From contig CM119372.1 in assembly GCA_051294905.1 (NCBI GenBank), positions 39,744,001-39,808,000 of the forward strand: a stretch of DNA of 64,000 nucleotides. The letters run 5' to 3'. A model generated the notes under the pieces. That model saw nothing but the letters and a program-made list of their open reading frames with translations. It made no database searches and had not been told where the DNA came from. Source of the DNA: Botryllus schlosseri. Taxonomy: Eukaryota. Made by a program: the position numbers and the translations under genes. Of this stretch, positions 12,619 to 24,812 are shown in pieces. Each line of letters starts with the position of its first letter. The first letter of the stretch is position 1.

Positions 12619-15600
12619 CAGTGGCAGCTCGTCCTATAGGGCAACTGGGGCATTGACCCACCTAAAATTCTGTTCAATAACAAATATTTACCATTTATAG
12701 AAGCACAGCAATCAATAAATACCGAGATCACATCAAAACCGGTATTCTACTTGAGCTTTCGCTCGTAAATGCCCATTGCCCATGCCTAGCGAAGTCTCTG
12801 TGAAAATCGCATTCTCTTCCGTGTTTTCACTTTGTGAATGCTAGCCGGGGCTTGCCCTAGTAGCGCTCGCGACAAGCTTTCACTATCTATTCTCTCAAAG
12901 CCGCGCACAATAAAGAGACGGTGATTTACTGTCTCCAATTCAGAAAATTGCTGAACAAGTGGGGCAAATATGCCTTGTTGCCCTTAAGGTGTGATGAAAC
13001 AATCGTAACTATATCTGAACTCGGTTACCGTAATATGCGTTGAGTCGACCTTCGCTGGTATATGTCGATTTTGACGGTATTTCGCACCATGATAATTCTT
13101 GAAACTTGGTTTGTTATGTCGTGAAGGTAGTGTTTAACACTGCTCCAAGTTTTAGGCTTGCTACTTAAAGATTAGGTTAGTAATTTCGTTTCCGAAGTTC
13201 AGTGTGAGGTGATCCATCATGTACAGCAAATAGATTTTACGTATTAGTCTCCATTGATTTTGACGATGCTCCATACCGAAATCGGTCATGGCATTTGGCA
13301 CGGTAATGCCTTAATATTAGTATCGACCGCTGTGACCAGTTTTAAGTTTGTCACTGAACTATGTGGGTGGTAATTTCGTTTCCCAAGTCGAGGGAGAGCT
13401 AACTCGCCATCTATCGCTAACAGATTTATGCAAAAGCCGGTATTGGTCTCTATTCATTTTAACGATGTTTCATACCTAGATCTGTCATGAGCTATTGCAC
13501 GGTATGTCTTGATTTTATTACCGAACGCGGTGCCAAGTCTCAACGTTGACACTCAATGATTGAGGCAGTTATTTCGTATTCGATGTCGAGTATGGTAGAG
13601 ATGCGCGCTTATCTGATTACATACATCAGTGGTTCCCAACCTTTTTTGTCTCGTGGACCCCTTGACCGATATTTGAGCTAACCCCCCCCCTCTATGAATA
13701 AGTTGCGTGTGACTAAAAACGGTGCTTTTTAACGTACAACCATTTGTTGACTTAGCAATATATGGCCAAACATATTCAGATATGTCCGAACTATGTCGAA
13801 TGCGGACTGCACTACACTTTGGTAAAGTAAAACTAAATTTGACCTGTTTGTCACCGGTCGGGTAGCCGCTGACGAAATATAAATCATCAAGTCCGCTATG
13901 ACCTTTAGTTTAATCGATGAATTTGGTATGTTTTTCACGTTAGCTCATATGTTGGCTTAAAAAAGCAAACATTTTCGCCAGCGACCTTGTGCTGAATTCG
14001 GCTTGACTTCTTCCTGCTTAGTAGCAATTTGGTCGAGAGGGTGTCACGGGCCCAAGAAATCGTCTCGCGTGTCTCACTTTATCAGGGGGTGTAATATCTA
14101 CGGAAGGCATTTAAACATCACCTAGCTTAAAATCCACCAAATAAACATACCTTTGTAAAGAACTAATTTCATACTTGACAGTTATACCATAAAAATCTAA
14201 AAATGTTGTTAACCCTGTGTATCTTGCGATGCAGCGATGCGATGTAACAGTTCACTAAGTTTACGGCTTTCATTCACCCATTTATTGATTAATATATTTT
14301 CCAACGGCGATTTCGCAGCACACTTGTATAGACAGTAAGCCGTATGAGTTGTGTCACAGTCTCCAGTTTCAATGCCAAAATGTCCTATATTGTTCCGAGA
14401 CCGAAGTTTCGCGGCTGCTATACTTAGTTCTTTCAAGACCATTCAAAATGGTGTTTTGGATTCAATATGACAGGCCCAATTTATGAGATAACAATTGCTT
14501 ATGTGTCTGAACTCGTTGGCCTTTCCAGTTAGGCTTACGCAATCTCTCGAGTTCTAGTAATCTAGTCACTAGAATTAGTCAGGTCAAGTCACTCAAGTGC
14601 GAACATGAATCGTGTGGAATCTTTGTTCAGTACGTAGTTTACGCAGTTGCCTTTAGAGCAGGGGTGGACAATTATTTTTCTCCGCGGGCCAAATGAGAAG
14701 CAGACAGTATGTTGGCGGGCCGAGAAATTATAACTTTATTCTCCAGCGTATTGATTTTATTTCTAAACTGAAAGCTTCGCATCCAGACCAGACCCATCAG
14801 GATGCATGTTTTAACACTACTCCAGAGCGACATTTCTTATATACACCGATTGGCAACGTTTTTGCCCGAACCGCGCAATGCGCGGAATTTTTCCATGTTT
14901 CATGATTCAATCGCTCACTAATATTGGTAATTGCATATATATAGCTATATTTTAAACCTCTTTCAGCCCTCATACTCAGCTTTACCGCTAGAGCAGAGTG
15001 AGGTGCTGTCATGGAAATATTCGAGCGGGCCTGTAGGTATAATTACTTCGCTACATGTTGCTATTTCGTGACCTCCCGTCTGCTATGAGAAAATATATTG
15101 AAATTGCCAAAGCGTACTGAACTAGACGCACACGATTCCCAAATGATATTTCATCACTGGAAAATATTGCCTACGGACCATTGGACATCGTGGTTTTCGG
15201 TAAACATGTGGACAGTACTTTTGGGCCAAGACTTTCTCGCTGTCGAGCTTTTACTTGGTTAATTTGATCAGTAGTTGCGATTGCAGTGCCTTCTCGGAAT
15301 CCAGTGTTGACCGAAACTTCACATATCTTGGTACGTCGTGGCGCGGTCATGGCTGACGCCGAAGTACCCAATTCTATAACCATTGATATCAAAATCGAGC
15401 ATAGCGCGAGAAAGATTTGAAAGAAGTTGCATAAATTTTCAAAAACTACTGTATTATTTTTGGTCGTTCACGAAACAATTTTGGGCGCCCTTCGAGCTCG
15501 CCCCCCAATTGGCGGTTTGGGGTGCGGAAGTTACGATCCTGAGGATACTGTAAAGCTTATTGTCTTGGTAGCTGGTTTCCGAAAAGTGTGCAGCTTGTCG

Positions 15601-16751
15601 AAATGGACTTGTTGCTAGGCCAAGCTTGCAGGTATTCCGAAATTCGCCATCCCTTGATCGAGTGTGGGTCGTATGTCTTCGTGTTTTAGTCGTAGAACCG
15701 ACCTAAATAATACTCCTTGAACACAGCGACGTGCTTGCCACTAACTACAAAAGAGATTGGTAGTAATCAAATATTTAGTCCTCCGAACGATCGTTGAATT
15801 TCAACTTTTGGCTTTCTTTTTTGGCATCCTTTCTGGGTGGTGATATACTCATAGAAATCCCGGGCAGTGATTGACTTGTTAAGGATTTGGAAACACATCA
15901 CGTAACAATTTGAAACAGAGACCGTGTAATTCGTAATGTGGCAACGGCAACAGAGAAGGTTTGGTGACTTGTTGTGACTTCAATTGTAACGGCATAATAT
16001 GCTACATTGACTTTACTTTGAATCAGGATTAGGCACGTGAGTTACGTATAGGCTGCGTAATCGCGGTATGTTAATGAACACGAACAGGCTTGATGGCAAA
16101 CGAACTTTCGGTTCAGCTGATACATCCTATGGTTTTAGTCCACGCAGCAGCATTAAAAAGTAGGATTTATATTTTCAATTTCAAGCAGCCTTTCGCGGGC
16201 CGCACAGAATAGCTACGCGAGCCGCATATGGCCCGCGGGCCGCACTTTGTCGATTTGTCCAGGCCTGCTTTAGAGCGAAAATTAGAGGCCTAGAAATTGT
16301 CCATTGATCCAATCGTACGCCGGGTGCCACCGCTTTGGTTGCCCATCACCTGGTCGTAACACACCAGGATCGTGTACGAAACACTTTCGGACGGGCTTAG
16401 AAAAACTAGGGCCAATCGATTTGCGTAATCTCTGCCACAAAATCATAGCGCATGCTACTCACGATGACCTGATGATTGATTCGTGGCATAGGGACGATTC
16501 TTAGTTCACGTATATTTAGTAAAATAATCCTTTGATTGAAAAAATGAATAAAACATTTGTTACCACACTTCAAGTCACTGCACGGCAAGCCTCTCTGGTG
16601 GCACCTACGTTAAAATCACTGTTGTCTGGAAATTGATGTGACCATCATAAAGTTACTTTTTTACGTTGGAAAACGCCAGTGTGACGTCATGTTGATAAAA
16701 GTCGCTCTCAGCCCTTGCCCCGCCACCCGATATTGTCACGAGCCGGCACTG
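12619..16751 (+). mobile_element. Non-autonomous hAT element family X, copy 2, with nested insertions
   Basis: Termini CAGTGGCAGCTCGT / ACGAGCCGGCACTG. TSD CCAGAGCG/GCAGAGCG. Collinear with 1222-7434. Confidence 0.88.
14659..16267. mobile_element. hAT (Charlie-like) non-autonomous element
   Basis: CAGGGGTGGACAA..GGCCCGCGGGCCGCA..CAGGCCTG. Perfect TSD CTTTAGAG. Inverted relative at 38386-41060. Confidence 0.85.
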
Positions 16752-17089
16752 GCAGAGCGTTATATATGTCAAGAGAAAAGAGCTTTATCTCTATAGAGAT
16801 AGTAAGTGCGCTCATAAGAGTCTCCTGTTTTTCTTCAATTTCCCGATCTAGAAGGTAGGACTACGATTGAAGGCTTGCCTTGCACTGATACATCGATTTT
16901 GACTCTCGGGCCCCATCTTGAGGATTCGGTACCGATATCCTGGATATATTAATTTGCTTTCAGAAAAAAGATTCTGCTCAGTTCATTTCCGTTTATTATC
17001 AAGAATTTTATCAGTTCAATCGACCAGTTTACGATACAGTGAAACGATAGGAAAGTGTCGAAACGACTTGCAGTAGTCTTTGAAATCAG

Positions 17090-17460
17090 GCACCCGCCTG
17101 CGTGTAGGCGATGTAAAGAAAGGCTTGCACACTGAACGAAAAGTAATTAAAGATGACTCAAAAGAAAATACGTCAAATTGAGGTGGCATGAGACGACGTG
17201 TGGTCGATATATCAGCTCGTGGAACAGTAATCTCGAGCTTTGACTATGGTAGGCCTATTTATTTAGTAAAGTATTCTTGTATTTTTATTTGAATGTGGTC
17301 AGCTGGACATGCCCGTACACTGCCAGATTGTCATAGGAATATCGTTCCAGCTCTCTAAACCGGCATACTTCATAGAACGATGATCTTTCGAATCGACCAT
17401 ATGGCAGTTGGTAATGAATTAAGGACGACCTTCCCTTCAAACGTGATGCGCGTGTCCTAG
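17090..17460 (-). mobile_element. LINE ORF2 3' end + 3' UTR remnant
   Basis: Minus strand reads KDHRSMKYAGLESWNDIP. Homologous to 27830-28150 and 57950-58310. Confidence 0.7.
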
Positions 17461-17779
17461 TCCTAATGAATCTACGGGCAGGGTTCTGGTATAAATCAGG
17501 TTTTCCGTTGATTTTTTATTTTAAATTTACCATTTTGATTCTATTGATTATTTTTTTTTCAAATTTTCGGAGGAGATGCGTGCATATGGTATATTATCGG
17601 ACAAATATGTGCATTTTATCTAAACCGGAGATAGCATCTCGTCACCGACACCCGTAAAGGTCAGCTATTTGACAGACAGACGGAATAAGAGCAAAGAGCG
17701 ATAGTCAATCAATATGTTACCGTTTTGCTGTGGGTATAGTTAGTTGTCTGCGACATGCTGCTGCTATTTCCGAGGCAGA

Positions 17780-20700
17780 ATTTTTAGTGACTCGACTTGA
17801 CGTTGACTCGAGTCATTTTCTTGAAATGGGAAAATGACTCGACTCGACTCGAGTCAATATTTGGATTGACTCGACTTGTACTCGAGTCATTACGCATGAC
17901 TCGACCCAAGTCATTGACTCGGGTTATTTTATATGACTTGAAGATGAAGAAATTTGCGAATCGTAATGGCTAGATCAACGCATCTTGCGAATTCTGCCGA
18001 CATCGCTATTTGTCGCCACTGCTTTCGTTGCACTCGCCTGATATCAGATATGCCGCCGTAAAAACAACACACAATGGCACATATAGTAGCAATGCATTGT
18101 ACAAAATCATCCTGTGATGAAGAGGTAATAGATCCTCCGCAATCAAAGTGCTCAAGACTTTTCAATTATACAAACAATCGAAGCAAAATTCAATTGGAGC
18201 CAATAAAATGACTCAGATGGTCAAGTACTTGATGAGACTAATAAGCTCATGTGTAGATTTGAAGGCGATGATTCTTGCATTTTTGAGCGACTAGAAAGAA
18301 TGAGTATCAAATGCTCTTGAAAGTGGTTCGAAAATGCTTTTCAATTCCTGTATCTAGTGCACCAGTGGAACGTGAATTCAGTAGATGTGGATTTATTCAA
18401 GGCCATGCCGCTATAACATATATGAGGATCTCCTTTCCACTTTCCAATTTTGAAGTGCAACTCAATGATTTGATTTGCTGTCTGTGAAAACACATGATAC
18501 CCTCCGTGCATTTGACGTTCTGTTAGGTATGTGCATTGTACACGTGAGTAATAATGAACGGCTAATGTTGTGTGATGTTTGTACAATAGGGCTGTTCAAA
18601 AATAACTTCTTTTTTTATTTTACTGGGTGGCTACTTCTATAAAATTGTTATGTTACATAAAAAGAACACTGAATCTGGCTTAATTTTAAAAAGTTGAATC
18701 AATGATATGAGAGTAGAAAATCCTATTTTTGAAAATAAATGGAGTGTTTTAGTGAGAAATTCTTTCATATAATATAATTACATATTGATAGTAAGCTGAT
18801 CATTTTTTCATATACAAAATATTCTACTCTGATAAATTCGCTTTTTCTAGTTGGAATTGAGCCAATTTTGCTATGAAACATAGTTTTACACAATATAACA
18901 ATATCATGAGGTAGCCGGTAAAATTCGAAAATCTCTATTTGTAATTAATCCAAAATTTACTCTCATAGTAGGAAAACTCCGGCGGCTATTACGGGAGCTG
19001 AGCAGGAAAGCTGACCTTTTTTTAGTCAACCACCTGATAATGTTAAAGAAAAACTGTACATCTATACATAAACATGCATCTGTTGATTCTCTATCAGCTG
19101 GTATCTAGACGTGACTTCGTTTGTTCTATATCAGATAGTATGTAGACGTGAATTCGGTGATTCTCTAAAACAGTGGTTCTCAACCTTTTTGGCTTCGTGG
19201 ACCCCTTTTGACCGTCACGGACCCTCGCGGACCCCCTCAAGTTTTAGTTGAATTTTAGCTCTATTATGGTGCATCCTTCATCTGTTTTGTGCAAATATGA
19301 ATTGCAGGCTTGTGATAAACAGCAAAATATTGATTTTACTTGAAAATAACATCATATACTATTAATGTATAAATTGGTAGACTTTGAATATTTCAAAGCT
19401 AATTTTGCTGCTGTATTTCTTGAAGTAAGTGGTCGTGTCTTTAAAATCCACGTCTTCGTTTTGATATGAACGAGGAGTGCCGAAAACCATTTCCGCAAAG
19501 ATAAATGGAGGCTAATGCAATATTAACGCGTAACGCTTCCGACTATACTTTTGGTGTGATCGCAACATTTATGGCACCAAAATGAAGAAACCTATATTTT
19601 ATGAACATATCACGCCCAGCATCTAGCGCAGGGACTGGAAACATACGCACCGCGGGCCGGATTGGGCCCGCGACGGCATTTTGATCGGCCCGCAGAGAGT
19701 TTCTACCGTCAAAGTGAAATCCTAATCTAAAAGTATATAGACAAATTTTATGCGCCAAAGAATGGATCCAAGTTTTCCAACCTGAGAATGACTGTCATGA
19801 AACGACTTATTCTGTTCGAGCAAACATTTTCGATCATGAACTATTGAACATTAACACGACAAGCTGCATACCAATATAACTGGTGATATGAATTTCAAGG
19901 TTGGAGCGTAATGCTTTGACAGCAACGAAACACTCCTTGTTCATCAAAAAACCAGCCTTGTCGATAGGGCATCCGCAATAAGAATGCGCCAAATCTGATA
20001 GCCGAGCTGTAAGAGTAGGTATATCATTGTCCGATTTATGACGAGTGTCAGCCGTAAATATTCGGGTTCATTTCAATATGAATATACTATTTAATTGTAT
20101 ATTGAATTTCTGTACCTCCAAGAAGCTCTTCAAATAGTGGTTATGTATATCACAGGATCAAATGGATTTCGCGGCGAGGTTTCAATCCCTGCATCGGGAA
20201 AAATTAGGGAATTACTTCGTAAATTTTCATTTCAAACGACTGTTCACTAATTTGATGAGACTGACAACTTCAAATCGAGAAGGTTTCGCAGACATTACGA
20301 AGTCACCATGATTGACCTTACTATCTCCATATTTTTATTTTTACCAAAAACCTCAACAAAACGTCTCTAAACAGCAATATGTTTGTATCAGCAGGTCATT
20401 GGAAAATTGGCAATGAAAATGAATTTCCACACTACGATAGCTCATGTCAGACGATTATGATGATGATATGAGTCATGAGGTTTTAGCAGTTGTGGTGCGA
20501 AACTGCCTCCTGCTTTCTCAAATTAAAAAATAAAATAAAAATTAGGTTATCAACCATTTTAAAAATTTAGAGGTCTCGCGGACCCCCTGAAATTGCTTCG
20601 CGGACCCCTAGGGGTCCGCGGACCGCCGGTTGAGAACCGCTGCTCTAAAAGCTATAAGCTAATTCAGGATTGAAAACATGAGTTGAACATGACTTCAATG

Positions 20701-20881
20701 CAGTGACTTGGACTCGGACTCGAGTCATAACACTATGACTCGGACTTGACCCTTTAAACGGTGACTTGGACTCGGACTCGACTCGGTGATGAATTGAAAA
20801 TGACTCGACTTGACTCGAGTCAATACCACAAAAGTAAGATTGACTCGTGACCCGGAACCATGTGACTAAGTTACAACCCTG
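17780..20881 (+). mobile_element. hAT family B deletion derivative (left end truncated) with dimerization-domain remnant
   Basis: GACTCGAGTC subterminal arrays. Right end TTACAACCCTG. ~18330-18400 reads CFSIPVSSAPVEREFSRCG. Collinear with 25741-27753. Confidence 0.85.
19171..20642 (+). mobile_element. hAT family A MITE nested in family B
   Basis: CAGTGGTTCTCAACC / GGTTGAGAACCGCTG. Perfect TSD CTCTAAAA. Confidence 0.9.
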
Positions 20882-21362
20882 ACTAGTGGAATACCGCAAA
20901 CGACGCGCAACCCGGAGTCTCTATCGAATTCGAAAGATTCCCTCATCTCTGATCCAGTATGCTGGCAGAAACCTCTCCATCGACCAAGATGAAGATGCAA
21001 CTATTATGATGGTCCCGATTTGACTCAACATATTTCCTCACTACTGGAACAGATCAGTAATGATTCTAGCGACCCATCGTTATCACATAGGTTAAACGTT
21101 TTCAGCTATCATTACCATAGGTCAGTGATTCCCAACCGCGGCCCTGAGGGCCGCATGCGGCCCCCAGCTAGCCTTCTTGCGGCCCCCACAAAAATATTGG
21201 GAAATCGATTTATGAAAAAAAAAATATTTATAAAATACTCTTGATTGGCTTGGAGTCTGGAGTTTTCAATTAGGATTGCAGGAAAGTTGGGAGTAGCCTG
21301 CTAAGATTACGTCACTGCTGTTTCCATGTTGAACGGGCAGTACCTATAGATATGGGTATTGA

Positions 21363-22868
21363 CAGGACCGTAACTGCCGCAGCCCAAGCCCCCCAATTGG
21401 AGGGAGCGAACTCGAAGGGGGCCCAAAGTTATTTAGTGAATTAGCATAAATTATAGAGTAGGCCTATTTTATGAAGTTATATGCAACTTTTTCAAAGATT
21501 TTCCGCGCTGCGCGATTTCAAGTTTCCAAGTACCTTAATTATTGGGTACGCAAGATTTATAGAAGTGGGCATATCGGCGTTGGCCATTACCGCGCCACGA
21601 CGCACGAAGACATATAAAGTTTTAGGCCATGTAACATGCGACTCCAAGAAGGGTGCCAGAGCGATCGGCAGCGAGAAAACCTTGGCCGATAAGGACTGCC
21701 CTTACGCTGACCGAAAACTTCGTTATGTATATTCAAAATGCATATAGGTATAATTGACCATAGGCGCCTAAATGACTGGCGCCGAATGTTCCTGTCTTGG
21801 CAATCTGAACGTCACGAGACAAATAGGCTACCATCCCGCAGGGAAGAATTATATGCCAGTGAAGAACTACCAATTTAAAATCGTGCGCATCTTTTAGTTT
21901 AGTATGTTTGGGCGATTCTATATTTCTTGATATAGCAGACTTGGAGGTCACGAAATAACAAATAACATCATGTAACGGAGTCGTACCAACGGGTCCGCCC
22001 GTCCGAATATGTTTAATTATTATTTAAGGGCCCTACAGTTTCCAAGACACCTCACTCAGCTCGACCGGTAAATCTGATTACGTGAGCAGAGAGGACAAGT
22101 AATTGATAGCAATATATATGCAATTCCCGATCTTATTGACCTATTTTATTTTGAATTATCGAAAATTTTCGCCCTCCCCGCTGGCTCACTAAACGGGGAT
22201 CCTGATTTCGTGGCAGAAGCGAACAACGGGACGGGGGTCGGTTTATCACCAATGTTCCCTCTAAGCTGCGCAGCGCTGAAACGGTCTCTGCGCACAGAAA
22301 ATCTCCGTTGCGCACAAAAAAATCCGAAGTGATGACCTTTTTTTGATAGTCGTCGTCACGCATTGTTGTCCAAGGGTGTGCGCAGCAAGTTGGTGATCGT
22401 GCGCAGACTCGTCAAAAATTAGAGGGAACATTGTTTATCAGCCTATGGGAGCTCAAGACCTAAGTGTTTTTGGGGGCCTGACGAAGTGCTGTTTCGTTCC
22501 TGCCAACGGGTATACGCCCGAAGATGTTTAATTATTATTGAGTAGTCCTACCTTTTCAAACACAACTCACTCGGCTCAACCGGTCTATCTGATTACGTGA
22601 GCAGAGAGAGGGTAAAAGTTGATACCAATATATGCAATTCCCGATTATATTGACCGATTCAATCATGAATTATAGAAATTTTTCGCGCTTCGCGCGATTA
22701 GTCGCGAGAGGCTGCCTAAATCGGACACCCGATTTAGATGATAAATAGCGGTAAACAGCCATCTAGTCTGAGGGGGTCTGGCGGCTTCGAAGTTCTGTTT
22801 ATGACCCTATGGGGGGCCCAAGACAAACGTTTCTTTGGGGGGGGTGACGAAGTGCTGTTACGGCCCTG
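21363..22868 (+). mobile_element. hAT family C element
   Basis: CAGGACCGTAAC / GTTACGGCCCTG. Perfect TSD GGTATTGA. Same family as 29899-32055; fragments at ~15040-15540, ~28690-29577 and ~35580-36140. Confidence 0.9.
22250..22433. mobile_element. 184-bp hAT MITE
   Basis: CAATGTTCCCTCTAA / TTAGAGGGAACATTG. TSD TTTATCAC/TTTATCAG. Confidence 0.88.
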
Positions 22869-23539
22869 GGTATTGATAACTAATTTAGGGATAGATGTGC
22901 AACAAGTGGCTCACCATTGAATACGCCGAGATGCGTACTGCTTAGCCGGCAAAAAGCAGCATAATTGGTAGTCCTATAGCTCGCGACCCAAGTGTCCGAA
23001 TAATTCGATATGTCGGTTTTTATCGAAAGCAAGTGTCGCACTGATTCCAAAAATACGAATTGAAATCTCGCCAGGGCAATAAAACTACTCCGAAATAGCC
23101 AGTAAAGGTTGATTGTTCTGAACAACGGGAGCGCGGCAACACAATGGCCAATGGCGTCAAGCAAATGATCGGAACAATGTCAATTTTCATCTTTCGGTGA
23201 CTATTTTGGGTTCCTTTCATTGCCTTGGTATTCGTGCGGCCCTGGCCGTACTCTGAAATTCTAAATTTGGCCCTGCCACCGAAAAAGGTTGGGAACCACT
23301 GCCATAGGTTGAACGTTTTCATATATTCTATATGGATGATGATTCACAGCCCCACATTATTGACGTTGAATCCCTATCCTTAATCACCTACATTTGAATG
23401 GTCGTCAACCATCCCATTTTCTTTTGTTCGTGTTGTTGTTGCTATGAGTAAAAAAAATCAGGATTTGAATTATTTAATTGATTAAAATCGATTTTAATCA
23501 AGGCCAAAATGATTTTAACCAGAACTCTATCTACGGGTA

Positions 23540-24030
23540 TACTGTTTTATGGTTTTCTATGCCCACGTTGTGCCGTTCTTCCCACGTAATCACCGTTGTA
23601 GTGACACTTGTATTCATGGACTATAATGACTTTGTTGACATGCAAGAAGAAGATCCTTGGGTGTTCCAAGCAGCAGTTGGGTTGTTGTAAAAATCACGTT
23701 GGGGTTCCTTGTATTGTATCATAGCACATACTGACCACAGGAACCAGTTGTTTTCCATAACTAATCCATGGCAAATGGATGTATACATATTTCGTTGTTT
23801 ATTCGGTTGGTTCTGTTGATTTTTTGTGTGTTCAATTACGTTAAATTCAACTCAATGAAACGGTTGATGGCATGTTCAGGGTAACCGTTATTAAGTGCGA
23901 TTTCGCAGATATTATCAAGCTTCAAATTCAATTTATTTTCGGAACGGATCATCAATGTTCTATGCACGAGGGTGCCTATGAGGTTGATCTTTCTGTGTGT
24001 ACGACTGAATTAATGCTAACGTAGGTATTG
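23540..24030 (-). mobile_element. Penelope-like retroelement remnant (RT thumb/linker + start of GIY-YIG)
   Basis: Minus strand reads QYLR..FS..RKINLIGTLVHRTLMIRSE..NNGYPE and IVHEYKCHYNGDYVGRTAQR, with stops and frameshifts. Confidence 0.85.
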
Positions 24031-24812
24031 GCATAGGAATGTCGGTTTATTAAAGAAAAAAGTTACACCGGAACATTCATAAATGACAGTGAGTTCAAGT
24101 ATAAAATCAGGGAAGGGTGAAGCAAGTTTTATAGATCAAGAATTTTTTATCAGACTCATTCAATATAATCAAAATATCTTCGAGATGTCCGACAGACGAT
24201 TATCACTCGAAATGACTCGAATTTATTTGGGTATGAATACACACAATCGCGACATTTCATTCAAACCTTATTACCTCCTTGTCTTGCCTAACCTAGGCCT
24301 ATTTACTACAGATGAGCGGATTTGGAATTTCTACGTCATAATCTAATCCAAATCCCAAGCTTTAAATCCTAATCCATAAATGTTGTATATTCAAATCCGC
24401 ATCGAATCCTAATCCGGTTCTAACTTGAAATTCAGAAAAAAAATGATAATTTATGCAAGGGAGGAATTGGAAATCTTACTTTTATAACCAATAATTCTCT
24501 TGATTTAAGATAACCTAGCATAGGTCTGGACCTCTCATGTCCATTGGCACCGAGTGCATCATAGTGTAGTGTACCATACATACCTTAATATAACTGATTT
24601 GAATAAAGTTTTACGCCGTTCGCCACACGACATATCGATCTGCCAGAAAATCGTTAAATCCAATCCAATTCCTTATTCGTTCAGAAAAAAATCTCTAATC
24701 CTAATCCAATCCAAATCCGACAAGTTCAGGTTTATTCATAAAATTTCATCACTTCAAAACATTACAAGACTGCAATGCAATGAATGATAGGAAGATGCCA
24801 AAACAACTAGGA

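Larger units (their letters stand above)
21123..23301. mobile_element. hAT MITE hosting two nested elements
   Basis: CAGTGATTCCCAACC / GGTTGGGAACCACTG. Perfect TSD CCATAGGT. Confidence 0.9.
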